Shown piece after piece: positions 36,483 to 46,721 of a stretch of 64,000 bases of DNA. The notes beneath the pieces are model-generated. The model searched no databases, had not been told where the DNA came from, and was given only the letters and a program-made list of their open reading frames with translations. Position numbers and translations under genes: made by a program. Where the stretch lies: the NCBI GenBank assembly GCA_023228145.1, contig JALOBU010000001.1:9463-73462 (forward strand), in the 5' to 3' direction. Positions within the stretch are counted from its first letter, which is position 1; each line of letters begins with the position of its first letter. Source of the stretch: Bacteroidales bacterium. GTDB taxonomy: Bacteria; Bacteroidota; Bacteroidia; Bacteroidales; CAIWKO01.

Positions 36483-38243
36483 ATGAAAATACTATGGAAA
36501 TACATGAAGCCACAGCGATGGCTGATTTTTATCGCTCTTCTTTTGGCAGGCATCAGCCAGTTGTTGAGTTTAGTTGACCCGCTTATATTTGGAAAAATAA
36601 TAGATGATTATGCAACCCATCCCGGCTTACGTAGCGAAGAGGAATTAGTTCAAGGAGTATTGTTTTGGCTGGGAATTGCTATTGCTATTGCCCTTTTGTC
36701 CCGAGCTACGAAATCCATACAGGAATATTTTACCCGTCTTGCCGTTCAGAAATTCGGAATGCAGATTTTTAACGACGGGCTAAAACAGACGCTTCGCCTG
36801 TCTTTTCAGGAGTTTGAAGAACAGCGCAGCGGAGAAACCCTATCAGTATTGCAAAAAGTTCGTACCGACACCCAACAGTTCACCAATTCCTTCATTAACA
36901 TTTTGTTTTCATCGCTTGTGGGCATAGGTTTTCTGGTCTGGTATTCTGTTACCAAAAACTGGATGCTCATACCTGTATTTTTGATAGGCATACTGTTTTT
37001 AGGCTCCCTGACCGGACTGCTAAGCAAAAAGATAAAATCCACCCAGCGTTCCATCAATCGTGAAACCAATAAAATGTCGGGTGTTATCACTGAATCCCTA
37101 CGCAACATCGAACTGGTAAAAAGCCTGGGCCTTACTTTTCCGGAAATAAAACGTTTAAAAGAGCATACGCGGAAAATATTTGACCTGGAGATGGAAAAAG
37201 TAAAAAAGGTTCGCACCTTAACATTTTTTCAAGGCTCCATGCTCAGCATATTGAAGCAATCCATTTTGTTTATTTTGCTATGGTTGATATTCAGGAAAGT
37301 TTTAACCACCGGGGAACTTATCACTATGCAATTTATTTCAACATCCATATTCGGCCCTTTGCAAGATTTGGGGAATATCATCCTTAGTTACCGGGAAGTG
37401 GAAACTTCTGTAAGTCATTTTGACCAATTGATGCAAAAACCGATTGATAAAAGGCCCGAAAACCCTGTGGAAATTGGCAACTTATTATCTGTCTGTTTTC
37501 AGAATGTTGTTTTTCGGCACAAAACAGCCACAACCAATGCCATTGATGATATATCATTCAGGGTGCAGACCGGTGAAACCATTGCTTTTGTGGGGCCTTC
37601 AGGCTCAGGAAAGTCCACCCTAGTGAAGTTATTAGTTGGATTATACAAACCGATAAAAGGCACGATCAATTTTAATGAATGTTCTTCAACACAAATAAGG
37701 TATAATGAGTTACGAAGACAAATAGGGTTTGTAACTCAGGACACACAGTTGTTTGCCGGCACCATAAAGGAAAATTTATTATTTGTGAAACCCGATGCTT
37801 CGGATGATGAGATTACAGATGCGCTGAACATGGCTGCCTGTGAGAAGTTGATAAGGAATTCAGCAAAAGGAATAAATACTGTGCTGGGAGAAGGAGGCAT
37901 GAAATTGTCGGGAGGGGAAAAGCAACGTATTTCTATTGCTAGGGCTATATTACGACAGCCGCGTTTGTTGATATTTGATGAAGCGACCTCGTCACTGGAT
38001 TCACTGACTGAAGAAGAAATATCTAATACTGTCCGCAGGTTTTCCGGCAGCAGTGAGCGTATCACCATATTAATCGCACACCGTTTATCCACCATAATGC
38101 ATGCAGATTTAATTTATGTTCTGGAGAAAGGGAAAATAATTGAAAAGGGTTCCCATGACGTACTGATGCTACAGAAAGGTTTATATTATGCTATGTGGCG
38201 TCAGCAGATAGGCGAAAGAAAAAATATCGTACTTACTGAATAA
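36483..38243 (+). CDS. ABC exporter, fused permease/ATPase (MsbA-like)
   Basis: Six N-terminal TM helices. Walker A GPSGSGKST, signature LSGGEKQR and Walker B LLIFDEATS. Confidence 0.88.
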   Translation: MKILWKYMKPQRWLIFIALLLAGISQLLSLVDPLIFGKIIDDYATHPGLRSEEELVQGVLFWLGIAIAIALLSRATKSIQEYFTRLAVQKFGMQIFNDGLKQTLRLSFQEFEEQRSGETLSVLQKVRTDTQQFTNSFINILFSSLVGIGFLVWYSVTKNWMLIPVFLIGILFLGSLTGLLSKKIKSTQRSINRETNKMSGVITESLRNIELVKSLGLTFPEIKRLKEHTRKIFDLEMEKVKKVRTLTFFQGSMLSILKQSILFILLWLIFRKVLTTGELITMQFISTSIFGPLQDLGNIILSYREVETSVSHFDQLMQKPIDKRPENPVEIGNLLSVCFQNVVFRHKTATTNAIDDISFRVQTGETIAFVGPSGSGKSTLVKLLVGLYKPIKGTINFNECSSTQIRYNELRRQIGFVTQDTQLFAGTIKENLLFVKPDASDDEITDALNMAACEKLIRNSAKGINTVLGEGGMKLSGGEKQRISIARAILRQPRLLIFDEATSSLDSLTEEEISNTVRRFSGSSERITILIAHRLSTIMHADLIYVLEKGKIIEKGSHDVLMLQKGLYYAMWRQQIGERKNIVLTE

Positions 38244-38429
38244 TCTCAGATTATTATGCGCTTCCTTCAATCGTTGCAACAGGCTTTGTTTTATTTTTAT
38301 TTTACATGGAGCATTGAACCGCTTTTAGCGAAATGAATAATAAAATAAAGTGCATAAATAGTGAATAAATTTGCCTAAGAAAACTAATGTAAATAATGAA
38401 AGAATCACAATTGTTTCACACGCAAAGAC

Positions 38430-39596
38430 TTATTTTTTTCTCTCGTTTTGTTCTTTGTAAAACACAATTGAATCATTCAGAGAATAAATATAATCCAAAG
38501 TTTTCTTGCTGCAACCTGCCAGGGGGTCATCATTCAGGCGGATTCGTAAATATACCGGCTGGTGGTCGGAAAATTCAAATCCGTAATCCAGTGTTTTGAT
38601 TGTTTCAACAATGATATTGGGCGAGACCACAAAAAAATCATAGATGGTGGTCGGCGTGCTGCCATGTTTATATGCGCTTCTCAGGTCGCGGTTGGTGGGG
38701 CATGTGCTGTCGCAAGCCCATTGCCAGCCATCGGGCATAAAATTAAAAGGTATTTTGGGCAAGCCTGATTTTTTTACGTAACCCGAAGCAAAACGGAAAG
38801 AGTTGTAATTATAAGGATTTTGGTTCCAGTCGCCGCCGGCTATAACAAAATTTCCTTTGGCGTATTCGTTCAGAATAAATCCGCGCAACATCCACATCTC
38901 ATATTGCCTGAGCCTGTCGGCATCGTCAAAAGCCGAATTGTGCGTGTTGATGACAATCAGTTCTTTGTGATTGCTCAGCAGAAAGCGCTGGATCATAAAG
39001 CAACGGTCGAGCATGAATATTTTAAGTGGCCAGGAATAGTTTACAGGGTATGAAAACCTCTCCGAGCTTAAAGGATAATATCGTGAAAATGTAGAAATGC
39101 CGGAGACTACTTTTCCCAAAGGTTTAAGCATCGGGGCGGGGACATGTTTCACATTATAATTGACAGCAAAGCTAAAGGTGTAATCCGGTAAAGCTTTTGA
39201 AAATAATGCGGCCTGATTCATATAATAGCTTCTTTTTGATGCGGTATCCACTTCCTGCAAAAGAAAAAAGTCCATGCTGTCGTTTTTTGAAAGAAAATCA
39301 AAAACTCCGTTCAGATTATTTTGAAATGTTGCTTTATCCGGGCGTACCATTTTCCCTCCGTCGTAAAAAAAATCCATGCTTTCATCCAGCCCGCAGTAGC
39401 CCACATTCCATGTGATAAATGTAATATCCCTGCTGTCAATCACAGCATCAGGAGAATTATTCATCACAGCGATATGTTCGGAGGGAACGGGCTGAAAATC
39501 GGTAAGTGTAAAATAAACAAACAGTGCCACCAGTCCGGCTATGACAATACAAAAAATTATAAGCAGAATTTTAAGTGATTTTTTTAATGCCCTCAT
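38430..39596 (-). CDS. membrane-anchored endonuclease/exonuclease/phosphatase (EEP) family protein
   Basis: N-terminal TM anchor. ITWNVGY, LLQEVD, IAGGDWN and a terminal FSDHQPV motif, in the EEP order. Confidence 0.7.
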   Translation of the reverse strand: MRALKKSLKILLIIFCIVIAGLVALFVYFTLTDFQPVPSEHIAVMNNSPDAVIDSRDITFITWNVGYCGLDESMDFFYDGGKMVRPDKATFQNNLNGVFDFLSKNDSMDFFLLQEVDTASKRSYYMNQAALFSKALPDYTFSFAVNYNVKHVPAPMLKPLGKVVSGISTFSRYYPLSSERFSYPVNYSWPLKIFMLDRCFMIQRFLLSNHKELIVINTHNSAFDDADRLRQYEMWMLRGFILNEYAKGNFVIAGGDWNQNPYNYNSFRFASGYVKKSGLPKIPFNFMPDGWQWACDSTCPTNRDLRSAYKHGSTPTTIYDFFVVSPNIIVETIKTLDYGFEFSDHQPVYLRIRLNDDPLAGCSKKTLDYIYSLNDSIVFYKEQNERKK

Positions 39597-39728
39597 AGAT
39601 TTTTTTAATAAAAATACAAAATAAAAATTTGACTTATAAAATTTGTTTTAATAAAACTTGTTAGCGCCTGATAATTTTTATATTTTTACATGAATTATCC
39701 TTATCTCCTTAACATAAAAATTACCGGT

Positions 39729-42700
39729 ATGGACAAGAAAAAAATCATCCTCATTGGCATTATTACCTTTTTAATTGCTTTTACCATTTATCTTATCAGC
39801 AGAGCAAGTACGCAGTCTATAATAAAGGTGAACCCTGCCTTTAAAGAATATGTTGCTGCCTTTACTTCTGGAATTATTTCCACCGAATCAAGCATAAAAG
39901 TACGCATGAATTTTGATGTTGCCGATTCTTCCATGTTTGAGAAACCTACAGAGGAGGAATTGTTTGATTTTTCTCCATCCATAAAAGGAAAATCATACTG
40001 GATTGATACCCGCACAGTAGAGTTTCGCCCGGATAGCAAGCTGGAGGCCGACAAACTATATACGGCAAAATTCTACCTGTCGAAAGTCATCCATGTGCCC
40101 GACAGCATGCGTACCTTTATTTTTCAGTTTCGTACAACAAAACAAGCTTTTGAAGTAAAAGTGGACAATCACAAGGCATACAGCAACAGCAACCTGAAAT
40201 GGGAAAAGATTAGCGGGACAATTATTACAGCCGATGTGGCCAGTGCAGATGATGTCGCTAAATTATTCGATGTAACACAGGGGAGTAAAAAGCTTAAAGT
40301 TACTGTCATGACGGGAAGCGACAAAAAGACTTTCACCTTTGTCATTGACAGCGTGAACCGCGATACCAAAGCCTCCGTAGTGAAAATAAAATGGGACGGC
40401 AAGCCCATACTGGCAGATAATAAAGGTTCTTATGATGTTGAAATTCCTTCTATCAATGATTTCAATCTATTTTCCATTGTGGCATCACAAAACCCCGAGC
40501 CGGTGGTCAGTTTATTTTTTTCCGACCCCCTGCTTGAGGAACAGGATTTAAACGGCCTGATAACTTTGGGAAATATCAACGACCTGAAATTTGACATTGA
40601 AGATAACCAGATAAAAATTTATCCTCCGGGGGAAGTGGGCGGAACACAAGTTATTACAGTATATCAGGCCGTGAAAAACATTAACAGTAAAGAGCTGGGT
40701 GAAAAATATGTTGACTCGGTAACATTTGAAGATATAAAGCCCAACATCCGGCTGGTTGGAAACGGGACCATACTGCCCAGCACAAACGGCCTGATATTTC
40801 CTTTTGAAGCCGTTAATGTCAACGCTGTGGATGTGAAAATATTCAAAATTTATGAAAACAACATTTCTCAATTTCTGCAGGTAAATGACCTTGATGGCGA
40901 AAGAGAAATGTCTCGTGTGGGGAAACTCATACTGAAGAAAAAAATTCAACTGCAGTCGGCAGGGGCACCCGTATTGAATTACGGCAACTGGTCCCGCTAT
41001 TATATTGACCTTTCCGAACTTATTCAAGCCGAACAGGGGGCTATATACCAGGTTACACTGGGTATTAAAAAAGCCTATTCCACTTATGGCAATTGCACGG
41101 AAGTGGATGAGGGAGAAACAGATGAAAATCTTAACTCTTCTTGGGACGAAAGCGTTGAAGACGAGCCCGAAAACTGGTATTATTATGATTATTACGGCTA
41201 TTATTATGATTATGATGACGACTATTATTATTACGATTGGTATGAGAGAGACGACCCTTGCGAAGACTCCTATTTCAGGAACAAAGTTGTAAGCCGCAAT
41301 GTACTGGCCACAGACATAGGCATCATAGCCAAAGTGGGCAGCACCGGTGAGCTTCACATATTTACCACCGACCTAGTTGCCGGCAAACCTATGCCTTCGG
41401 TATCCATCACGGTGCTGGATTATCAGAGCCAGGAACTCAACAAGGCTCAGACCAATTCCGATGGAGCAGCAGTGATACAGCTGAAAAAAGTACCATACCT
41501 GATTGTTGCTGCAAAAGACAATCAGCGTGCTTATTTGAAAATGACGGGTGGCTCGGCCTTGTCGTTAAGCATGTTCGAGGTTGGCGGGGAAGCCGTTCGT
41601 AAGGGAATTAAAGGTTTTATATACACAGAACGGGGGGTTTGGCGGCCTGGGGACTCCATTTTCCTGGTTTTTATCCTTGAAGACAAACTGCACAAACTAT
41701 CGCCAGAAACTCCTGTGGTATTTGACCTTACCAACCCGCGCGGACAAAAGGTACAGCATATCGTGAAAACAAAATCTGTGAACGGCTTTTATGATTTCCG
41801 CACCGCCACAGACCCCAATGCGCTTACAGGTTACTGGACAGTGGGCATTCGTGTGGGAGGCTCTTATTTCAGCAAATCCTTGAAAATAGAAACCATAAAA
41901 CCCAACCGCCTGAAGATAAAACTGGATTTTGGCTCGGATATGATAACCCAGTCTTCCAATGGTACGCTGGAGGCCAAATGGCTCCATGGAGCTGTTGCCC
42001 GCAACCTGAAAGCCGATGTAACCGTGGTGCTGAATAAGACCAATACCGTATTTAAAAAATATTCAAGCTTTATTTTTGACGACCCTGCAAAAAGATTTTA
42101 TTCGGAAACCTATAAGGTTTTTAGCGACAAATTGAACGAGGAAGGTAAGGCTGAGATAATCCCGGACATTGCTGTTTCGAGTTCTGCGCCGGGGGTACTG
42201 CGTGCCGGTTTTGAAACCAGGGTGTTTGAACAGGGCGGCGAATTCAGCGTGGACAGGTTTTCATTATTGTATTATCCCTTTGAAACGTATGTGGGAATAA
42301 AAACCCCCGAGGGAGAACGCTATTCTTCCATGCTGAATACGGAAAAGAATTATTCCATAGAATTTGTCAATGTGAATACCAAGGGCAGCCCTGTGAAATC
42401 GGGCAAGGTACAGGTGGATATCTATAAAGTGAATTGGCGTTGGTGGTGGGACAACTCGGGCTATGATGTAGCAGATTTTGTTCGCAGCCAGTATAATGAA
42501 CCTTACAAAACATTTGAGCAGGGTTTTGTGAGTGGCAAAGGGCAGTTTAATATTACCATCCCCGATGCTGACTGGGGCCGTTACTTTATCAGAATCACCG
42601 ACCTTGTCAGCGGGCACAGTACAGGAAAAATTGTGTATTTCGATTGGGCTGACTGGGCAAGCCGTTCCCGTGAAGGCAAAGAAGGCGCCGCCATGCTGAT

Positions 42701-45329
42701 GTTCTCCGCAGATAAAGAAAAATACCAGGTGGGCGATGAAGTAAAACTGACCATACCTTCAAGCGATGGAGCCCGCGCATTAGTTACCATAGAAACAGGA
42801 AGCAAAGTGCTGCAGTCACACTGGCTGAACACTGAAAAGGAACAAACAACTTTTAAGTTTACTGTTACAGAAGAAATGGCTCCTAATGTTTATGCCGCAG
42901 TTACTATGATACAACCTCACGGCCAGACTGCAAACGATTTGCCCATCAGGCTTTATGGTGTTATTCCAATCATAGTCGAAGACCCCAATACACATCTGCG
43001 GCCTGTAATCACCATGAACGATGTACTGCGCCCGGAAGAAAATGCCAGCATAACGATTAAAGAAGAAACAGGAAAAGCCATGACCTATACGGTGGCTATT
43101 GTGGATGAAGGATTGCTGGACCTTACAAAATTCACAACACCTGAGCCATGGAATTATTTTTATGCCAAAGAAGCCTTAGGAATAAAAACCTGGGATTTGT
43201 ATGACTATGTTATGGGAGCTTATGGTGGGCAGCTGGAACGCATTCTAAGCATAGGAGGTGGTGACGACGGTGGCGATGGCCCCTCAAAACGCACCAATCG
43301 CTTCAAACCCATGGTGAAGTTCTTTGGGCCTTTTGCCCTGAAGAAAGGCGCTTCCAACACCTATACGTTCAAGATGCCCCAGTATATAGGCTCGGTGCGT
43401 GTGATGGTCATTGCCGGACAAGATGGCGCATATGGCAATGCCGAAAAAACTGTGGCGGTCCGCAAGCCGCTGATGCTGCTCGGGACACTGCCGCGCGTGG
43501 TAGGACCCGGAGAAACAGTGAGCCTGCCGGTAAGCGTGTTTGCTATGGAGAAATTTGTAAAAAATGTAAACGTTAAACTGACAACCAATGATATGTTTAC
43601 CATAGAAGACAATCATGTGAAATCCTTGACATTTAAGGAAATTGGCGATGACCTTGTTACATTTAAGTTGAAGGTAAAAGAAGCTTCAGGAATTGGTAAG
43701 GTTAAAATAAATGCCAGCAGCGGAAAGGAAACAGCCGTCTATGAGATAGAAATTGATGTGCGCAATCCCAACCCGGAAATAACAGAGGTAATTGCCGATG
43801 TCATAAAAAGCGGCAAATCATGGAGCGCCGATTATATACCTGTCGGCATTGCCGGAACAAATAAGGGCGTTATAGAGGTGTCGTCCATACCGCCTATTAA
43901 CCTTGAAAAAAGACTTAAGTACCTTATTTCATATCCCTATGGCTGCATAGAACAAACTACTTCAGCAGCTTTTCCACAGTTGTTTCTTGCCAACCTGATG
44001 GAGCTTGACGATAGTAAGAAAAAAAGTATAGAACGCAACATCAAGGCTGCTATAAACCGCATCAGCTCATTTCAGACTCCTTCCGGAGGGTTTTCTTACT
44101 GGCCGGGCTACAGCGAAGCAGACCAATGGTCCAGCTGCTATGCAGGGCATTTTCTGCTCGAAGCGAAGGATTTAGGTTATAATGTTTCTCCAACAATATT
44201 GAAAAGATGGGAAAAATATCAAAAAAATATTGCCAAACAATGGACTCCTGCGTTTTCGAAATATTATGAATATTCCGACGTAGTGCAGGCTTACCGTCTT
44301 TATACCCTGGCACTGGCTAAAGTCCCGGATTTAGGCTCAATGAACCTGCTGAAAGAACAAAAAAACCTCAGCATACAGGCACGCTGGCGGTTGGCAGCAG
44401 CATACCAGTTGGCAGGCCATAGCAACATAGCAAAACAAATGGTGGCGAATGCATCCACCATAATTAAACCTTATAAAGAACTTAGTTTTAGCTATGGTTG
44501 TGACGAACGTGACCGTGCCATGATTGTGGAAGCCTTGTCGTTACTTGATATGAGAAGTAAAGCGGCGCCCATTGTGAATATCATCTCATCGCGCCTTAGC
44601 AAAGACCAATGGATGAGTACCCAGACAACAGCTTACTGCCTGCTGGCTATTTCCAAATACGTGGGCAGCGCCGGAATGAGCCCTCTGGACTTCACCTATA
44701 CCCTGAATAATGGCACTGCGGTGAATAAAAAATCTGCCAAGCCTGTGGCAACTATTGAGCTGGATATGAAAAAATCAACGCAAAAAGGCAAGCTGAAAAT
44801 AAAAAATAACGGCAAGGTTATGTTGTATGCCAGGCTCATACTCACCGGTATTCCTGCGGCAGGAGAAGAAAAAGCCGGCGAAAGCAACCTGAAAATTGAA
44901 GTAGAATATAAGAGCCTAAATGGTGAAAAGATAGATGTAAGCAAACTGGAACAGGGGACTGATTTTATGGCTGAAGTAAGCATAACCAACCCCGGGTTGA
45001 TGGGATATTATTATAATATGGCTTTGTCACACATCTTCCCGTCGGGATGGGAGATACACAACACACGCATGGATGAATCATACGGGCGTGTAACGATGTC
45101 ATCGTATGACTATCAGGATTTCCGCGACGACAGGGTTTATACCTTTTTCAGCATAAAGAGCAATGATAAGAAGATTTACAAGGTGCTGCTCAACGCCAGT
45201 TACCTTGGGCGTTTTTATATGCCGACAGTAAGTTGCGCCGCCATGTATGACGATGCCATTTACGCACGTACCAAAGGACAATGGGTGGAGGTGGTGCCTT
45301 ATAATGATAAGGCGACGGCAGAAAAATGA
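39729..45329 (+). CDS. bacterial alpha-2-macroglobulin family protein (MG-domain protease trap) with thioester motif
   Basis: 1866 aa from ATG 39729, with an N-terminal hydrophobic anchor. Repeated MG/Ig-like segments. YPYGCIEQTTSAAFPQL thioester block followed by an alpha-helical TED-like region and a C-terminal receptor-like domain. Confidence 0.88.
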   Translation: MDKKKIILIGIITFLIAFTIYLISRASTQSIIKVNPAFKEYVAAFTSGIISTESSIKVRMNFDVADSSMFEKPTEEELFDFSPSIKGKSYWIDTRTVEFRPDSKLEADKLYTAKFYLSKVIHVPDSMRTFIFQFRTTKQAFEVKVDNHKAYSNSNLKWEKISGTIITADVASADDVAKLFDVTQGSKKLKVTVMTGSDKKTFTFVIDSVNRDTKASVVKIKWDGKPILADNKGSYDVEIPSINDFNLFSIVASQNPEPVVSLFFSDPLLEEQDLNGLITLGNINDLKFDIEDNQIKIYPPGEVGGTQVITVYQAVKNINSKELGEKYVDSVTFEDIKPNIRLVGNGTILPSTNGLIFPFEAVNVNAVDVKIFKIYENNISQFLQVNDLDGEREMSRVGKLILKKKIQLQSAGAPVLNYGNWSRYYIDLSELIQAEQGAIYQVTLGIKKAYSTYGNCTEVDEGETDENLNSSWDESVEDEPENWYYYDYYGYYYDYDDDYYYYDWYERDDPCEDSYFRNKVVSRNVLATDIGIIAKVGSTGELHIFTTDLVAGKPMPSVSITVLDYQSQELNKAQTNSDGAAVIQLKKVPYLIVAAKDNQRAYLKMTGGSALSLSMFEVGGEAVRKGIKGFIYTERGVWRPGDSIFLVFILEDKLHKLSPETPVVFDLTNPRGQKVQHIVKTKSVNGFYDFRTATDPNALTGYWTVGIRVGGSYFSKSLKIETIKPNRLKIKLDFGSDMITQSSNGTLEAKWLHGAVARNLKADVTVVLNKTNTVFKKYSSFIFDDPAKRFYSETYKVFSDKLNEEGKAEIIPDIAVSSSAPGVLRAGFETRVFEQGGEFSVDRFSLLYYPFETYVGIKTPEGERYSSMLNTEKNYSIEFVNVNTKGSPVKSGKVQVDIYKVNWRWWWDNSGYDVADFVRSQYNEPYKTFEQGFVSGKGQFNITIPDADWGRYFIRITDLVSGHSTGKIVYFDWADWASRSREGKEGAAMLMFSADKEKYQVGDEVKLTIPSSDGARALVTIETGSKVLQSHWLNTEKEQTTFKFTVTEEMAPNVYAAVTMIQPHGQTANDLPIRLYGVIPIIVEDPNTHLRPVITMNDVLRPEENASITIKEETGKAMTYTVAIVDEGLLDLTKFTTPEPWNYFYAKEALGIKTWDLYDYVMGAYGGQLERILSIGGGDDGGDGPSKRTNRFKPMVKFFGPFALKKGASNTYTFKMPQYIGSVRVMVIAGQDGAYGNAEKTVAVRKPLMLLGTLPRVVGPGETVSLPVSVFAMEKFVKNVNVKLTTNDMFTIEDNHVKSLTFKEIGDDLVTFKLKVKEASGIGKVKINASSGKETAVYEIEIDVRNPNPEITEVIADVIKSGKSWSADYIPVGIAGTNKGVIEVSSIPPINLEKRLKYLISYPYGCIEQTTSAAFPQLFLANLMELDDSKKKSIERNIKAAINRISSFQTPSGGFSYWPGYSEADQWSSCYAGHFLLEAKDLGYNVSPTILKRWEKYQKNIAKQWTPAFSKYYEYSDVVQAYRLYTLALAKVPDLGSMNLLKEQKNLSIQARWRLAAAYQLAGHSNIAKQMVANASTIIKPYKELSFSYGCDERDRAMIVEALSLLDMRSKAAPIVNIISSRLSKDQWMSTQTTAYCLLAISKYVGSAGMSPLDFTYTLNNGTAVNKKSAKPVATIELDMKKSTQKGKLKIKNNGKVMLYARLILTGIPAAGEEKAGESNLKIEVEYKSLNGEKIDVSKLEQGTDFMAEVSITNPGLMGYYYNMALSHIFPSGWEIHNTRMDESYGRVTMSSYDYQDFRDDRVYTFFSIKSNDKKIYKVLLNASYLGRFYMPTVSCAAMYDDAIYARTKGQWVEVVPYNDKATAEK
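41175..41243 (+). repeat. Tyr/Asp-rich low-complexity coding tract (TAT/GAT microsatellite-like)
   Basis: Encodes WYYYDYYGYYYDYDDDYYYYDWY. The DNA is built from TAT, TAC, GAT and GAC codons. Confidence 0.9.
43944..43955 (+). other. CxEQ thioester motif (CIEQ) of the alpha-2-macroglobulin
   Basis: Codons TGC ATA GAA CAA within GCIEQT. Confidence 0.8.
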
Positions 45330-45414
45330 AGAAATTATGAATAATAAACAAGGAATATCGAATGATGGAATGACAAAAAACTTCGAACCTTGACCCTTTG
45401 TTCAATATTCGATA

Positions 45415-46575
45415 TTATTTTATCAGGTAAGATTTGTTTCTTATCACATTTTTCACTGCTTTCTGCAGGTATTCATTGGCCATCATTATCATATCAAAAT
45501 CAGAAGGAAAAGGTAGCGGACCGTTACCTAAGCGTTTTTTAGTCTCGGCGGATAAGGCTCTCAGATCGCCGTTGGCAATAAGATAGCCATTGCTGAAAAC
45601 CGAATTGGCAGTGATATTTTCAGAGTTCATGAGTTGTTTGGTGATGTTGTTGTAATGCTCCACTTTACCTGATAACACAGCTTCTTTGTTTTGCTGTATT
45701 TCTTTTAGCATGCAGCTCACTTTAATATAACGAGGAATTTTGATGTCGTTGCCGGCGCTGTCGTGCATCACATTGCCGTGGTTGTCAAGCTGGTAAGTCC
45801 AGCCGTCCTGTATTTCTTTTGATTCTATCCAGTTTTTTTCCCTGATTCTTTCGGGAGAAACATCTATAACTTTAAGATTAAGCAGTATGGTATAATCGTA
45901 ATTTATACCTTCCACTTCTTTTGAATCATACCTTACCCAGCGGGTTTCCGCATCCGAGAGGGTAATTTTCATGAATTCATATTCAAAATCCTGAGGTAAT
46001 AATGCATAGCTGCTGTTCTTAATATAAAAAATTACATTGGTCGTGCCCAGAGCAATAGCTTTGTTTATTTGTGCATCCAGGTCCCTGTAATCTTTATAGT
46101 GTTTTTTTATTTTCATGAATTCGTCATATGCCTGCCGGGCGGAAAATTTGTCATTTTGAGACAATAATTTTAGTCCCAAGGCATAATAGTAATCACATGC
46201 TTTTTTTTCGGCTTCTATAAGGTCGGTGTCGTAGTTAACAATCTCAAAACCTACAGATGCCAGTATTTGTCCGGGCAGGTTTTTCACCAAATCCTGGCGG
46301 GTTTTCAGCTGAAAATAATTCTGATAAATTTCTTCCCATATCTCGGGCTTACCTGTTTTGCGCAGAAATTCAATTCTGTCGGTATTCTGTATATTTGCCT
46401 TTTTAAAAGCCTGTGAAAGCACCCAGATTTCTTTCGCATTGTCGGGCTTTTTCATCAGTTTACTAACGGCTTTTTTAGTTGCCATGCTGAAATCGCCTCT
46501 TTCGAGGTACTTCTTCGAAGAAGTACATCCTGCAGCCAGAAACAGGGTAAGCAGTATAATTATTTTTGTTTTCAT
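45415..46575 (-). CDS. hypothetical lipoprotein
   Basis: MKTKIIILLTLFLAAGCTSS lipobox. 386 aa. No family recognised. Confidence 0.55.
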   Translation of the reverse strand: MKTKIIILLTLFLAAGCTSSKKYLERGDFSMATKKAVSKLMKKPDNAKEIWVLSQAFKKANIQNTDRIEFLRKTGKPEIWEEIYQNYFQLKTRQDLVKNLPGQILASVGFEIVNYDTDLIEAEKKACDYYYALGLKLLSQNDKFSARQAYDEFMKIKKHYKDYRDLDAQINKAIALGTTNVIFYIKNSSYALLPQDFEYEFMKITLSDAETRWVRYDSKEVEGINYDYTILLNLKVIDVSPERIREKNWIESKEIQDGWTYQLDNHGNVMHDSAGNDIKIPRYIKVSCMLKEIQQNKEAVLSGKVEHYNNITKQLMNSENITANSVFSNGYLIANGDLRALSAETKKRLGNGPLPFPSDFDMIMMANEYLQKAVKNVIRNKSYLIK

Positions 46576-46685
46576 GGCCTTGGTTATTTATGGTTAACAA
46601 TTATGTAACAATAAAAACAAAATTTAAGCCAAAAAGCATTTTTTTCAAAGATAGCTTTATTTGTAACTTTTTTTTGCTTTTATCG

Positions 46686-46693
46686 TAACTTTG
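46686..46693 (+). promoter_or_regulatory. candidate -7 box (TAACTTTG)
   Basis: 29 nt upstream of the rfbA ATG 46722. Confidence 0.4.
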
Positions 46694-46721
46694 CTAAAAT
46701 ATATTATATATTGCATTGCAT

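Noticed and set aside
36409-36486. 25-codon upstream ORF (MVAIFRKDTSFYLNIWCKFFDTAAS*) whose TGA overlaps the ABC exporter ATG (ATGA), as a possible leader peptide
   Set aside because: It is too short to distinguish from chance. There is no obvious attenuator hairpin or conserved stalling motif. It is only worth revisiting if conserved in relatives.
40548-41357. 269-aa minus-strand ORF inside the alpha-2-macroglobulin gene, with a poly-Ile/Val run
   Set aside because: It is the antisense reading of the Tyr/Asp codon tract and neighbouring sense codons. It has no signal, motif or upstream promoter box, and the sense strand carries an unmistakable A2M.
45354-45416. 10-bp inverted repeat AATATCGAAT / ATTCGATATT between the A2M gene and the convergent lipoprotein gene, as a possible terminator
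   Set aside because: The arms are separated by 43 nt and are AT-rich, and the right arm overlaps the lipoprotein stop codon. It is unlikely to form a stable intrinsic terminator.
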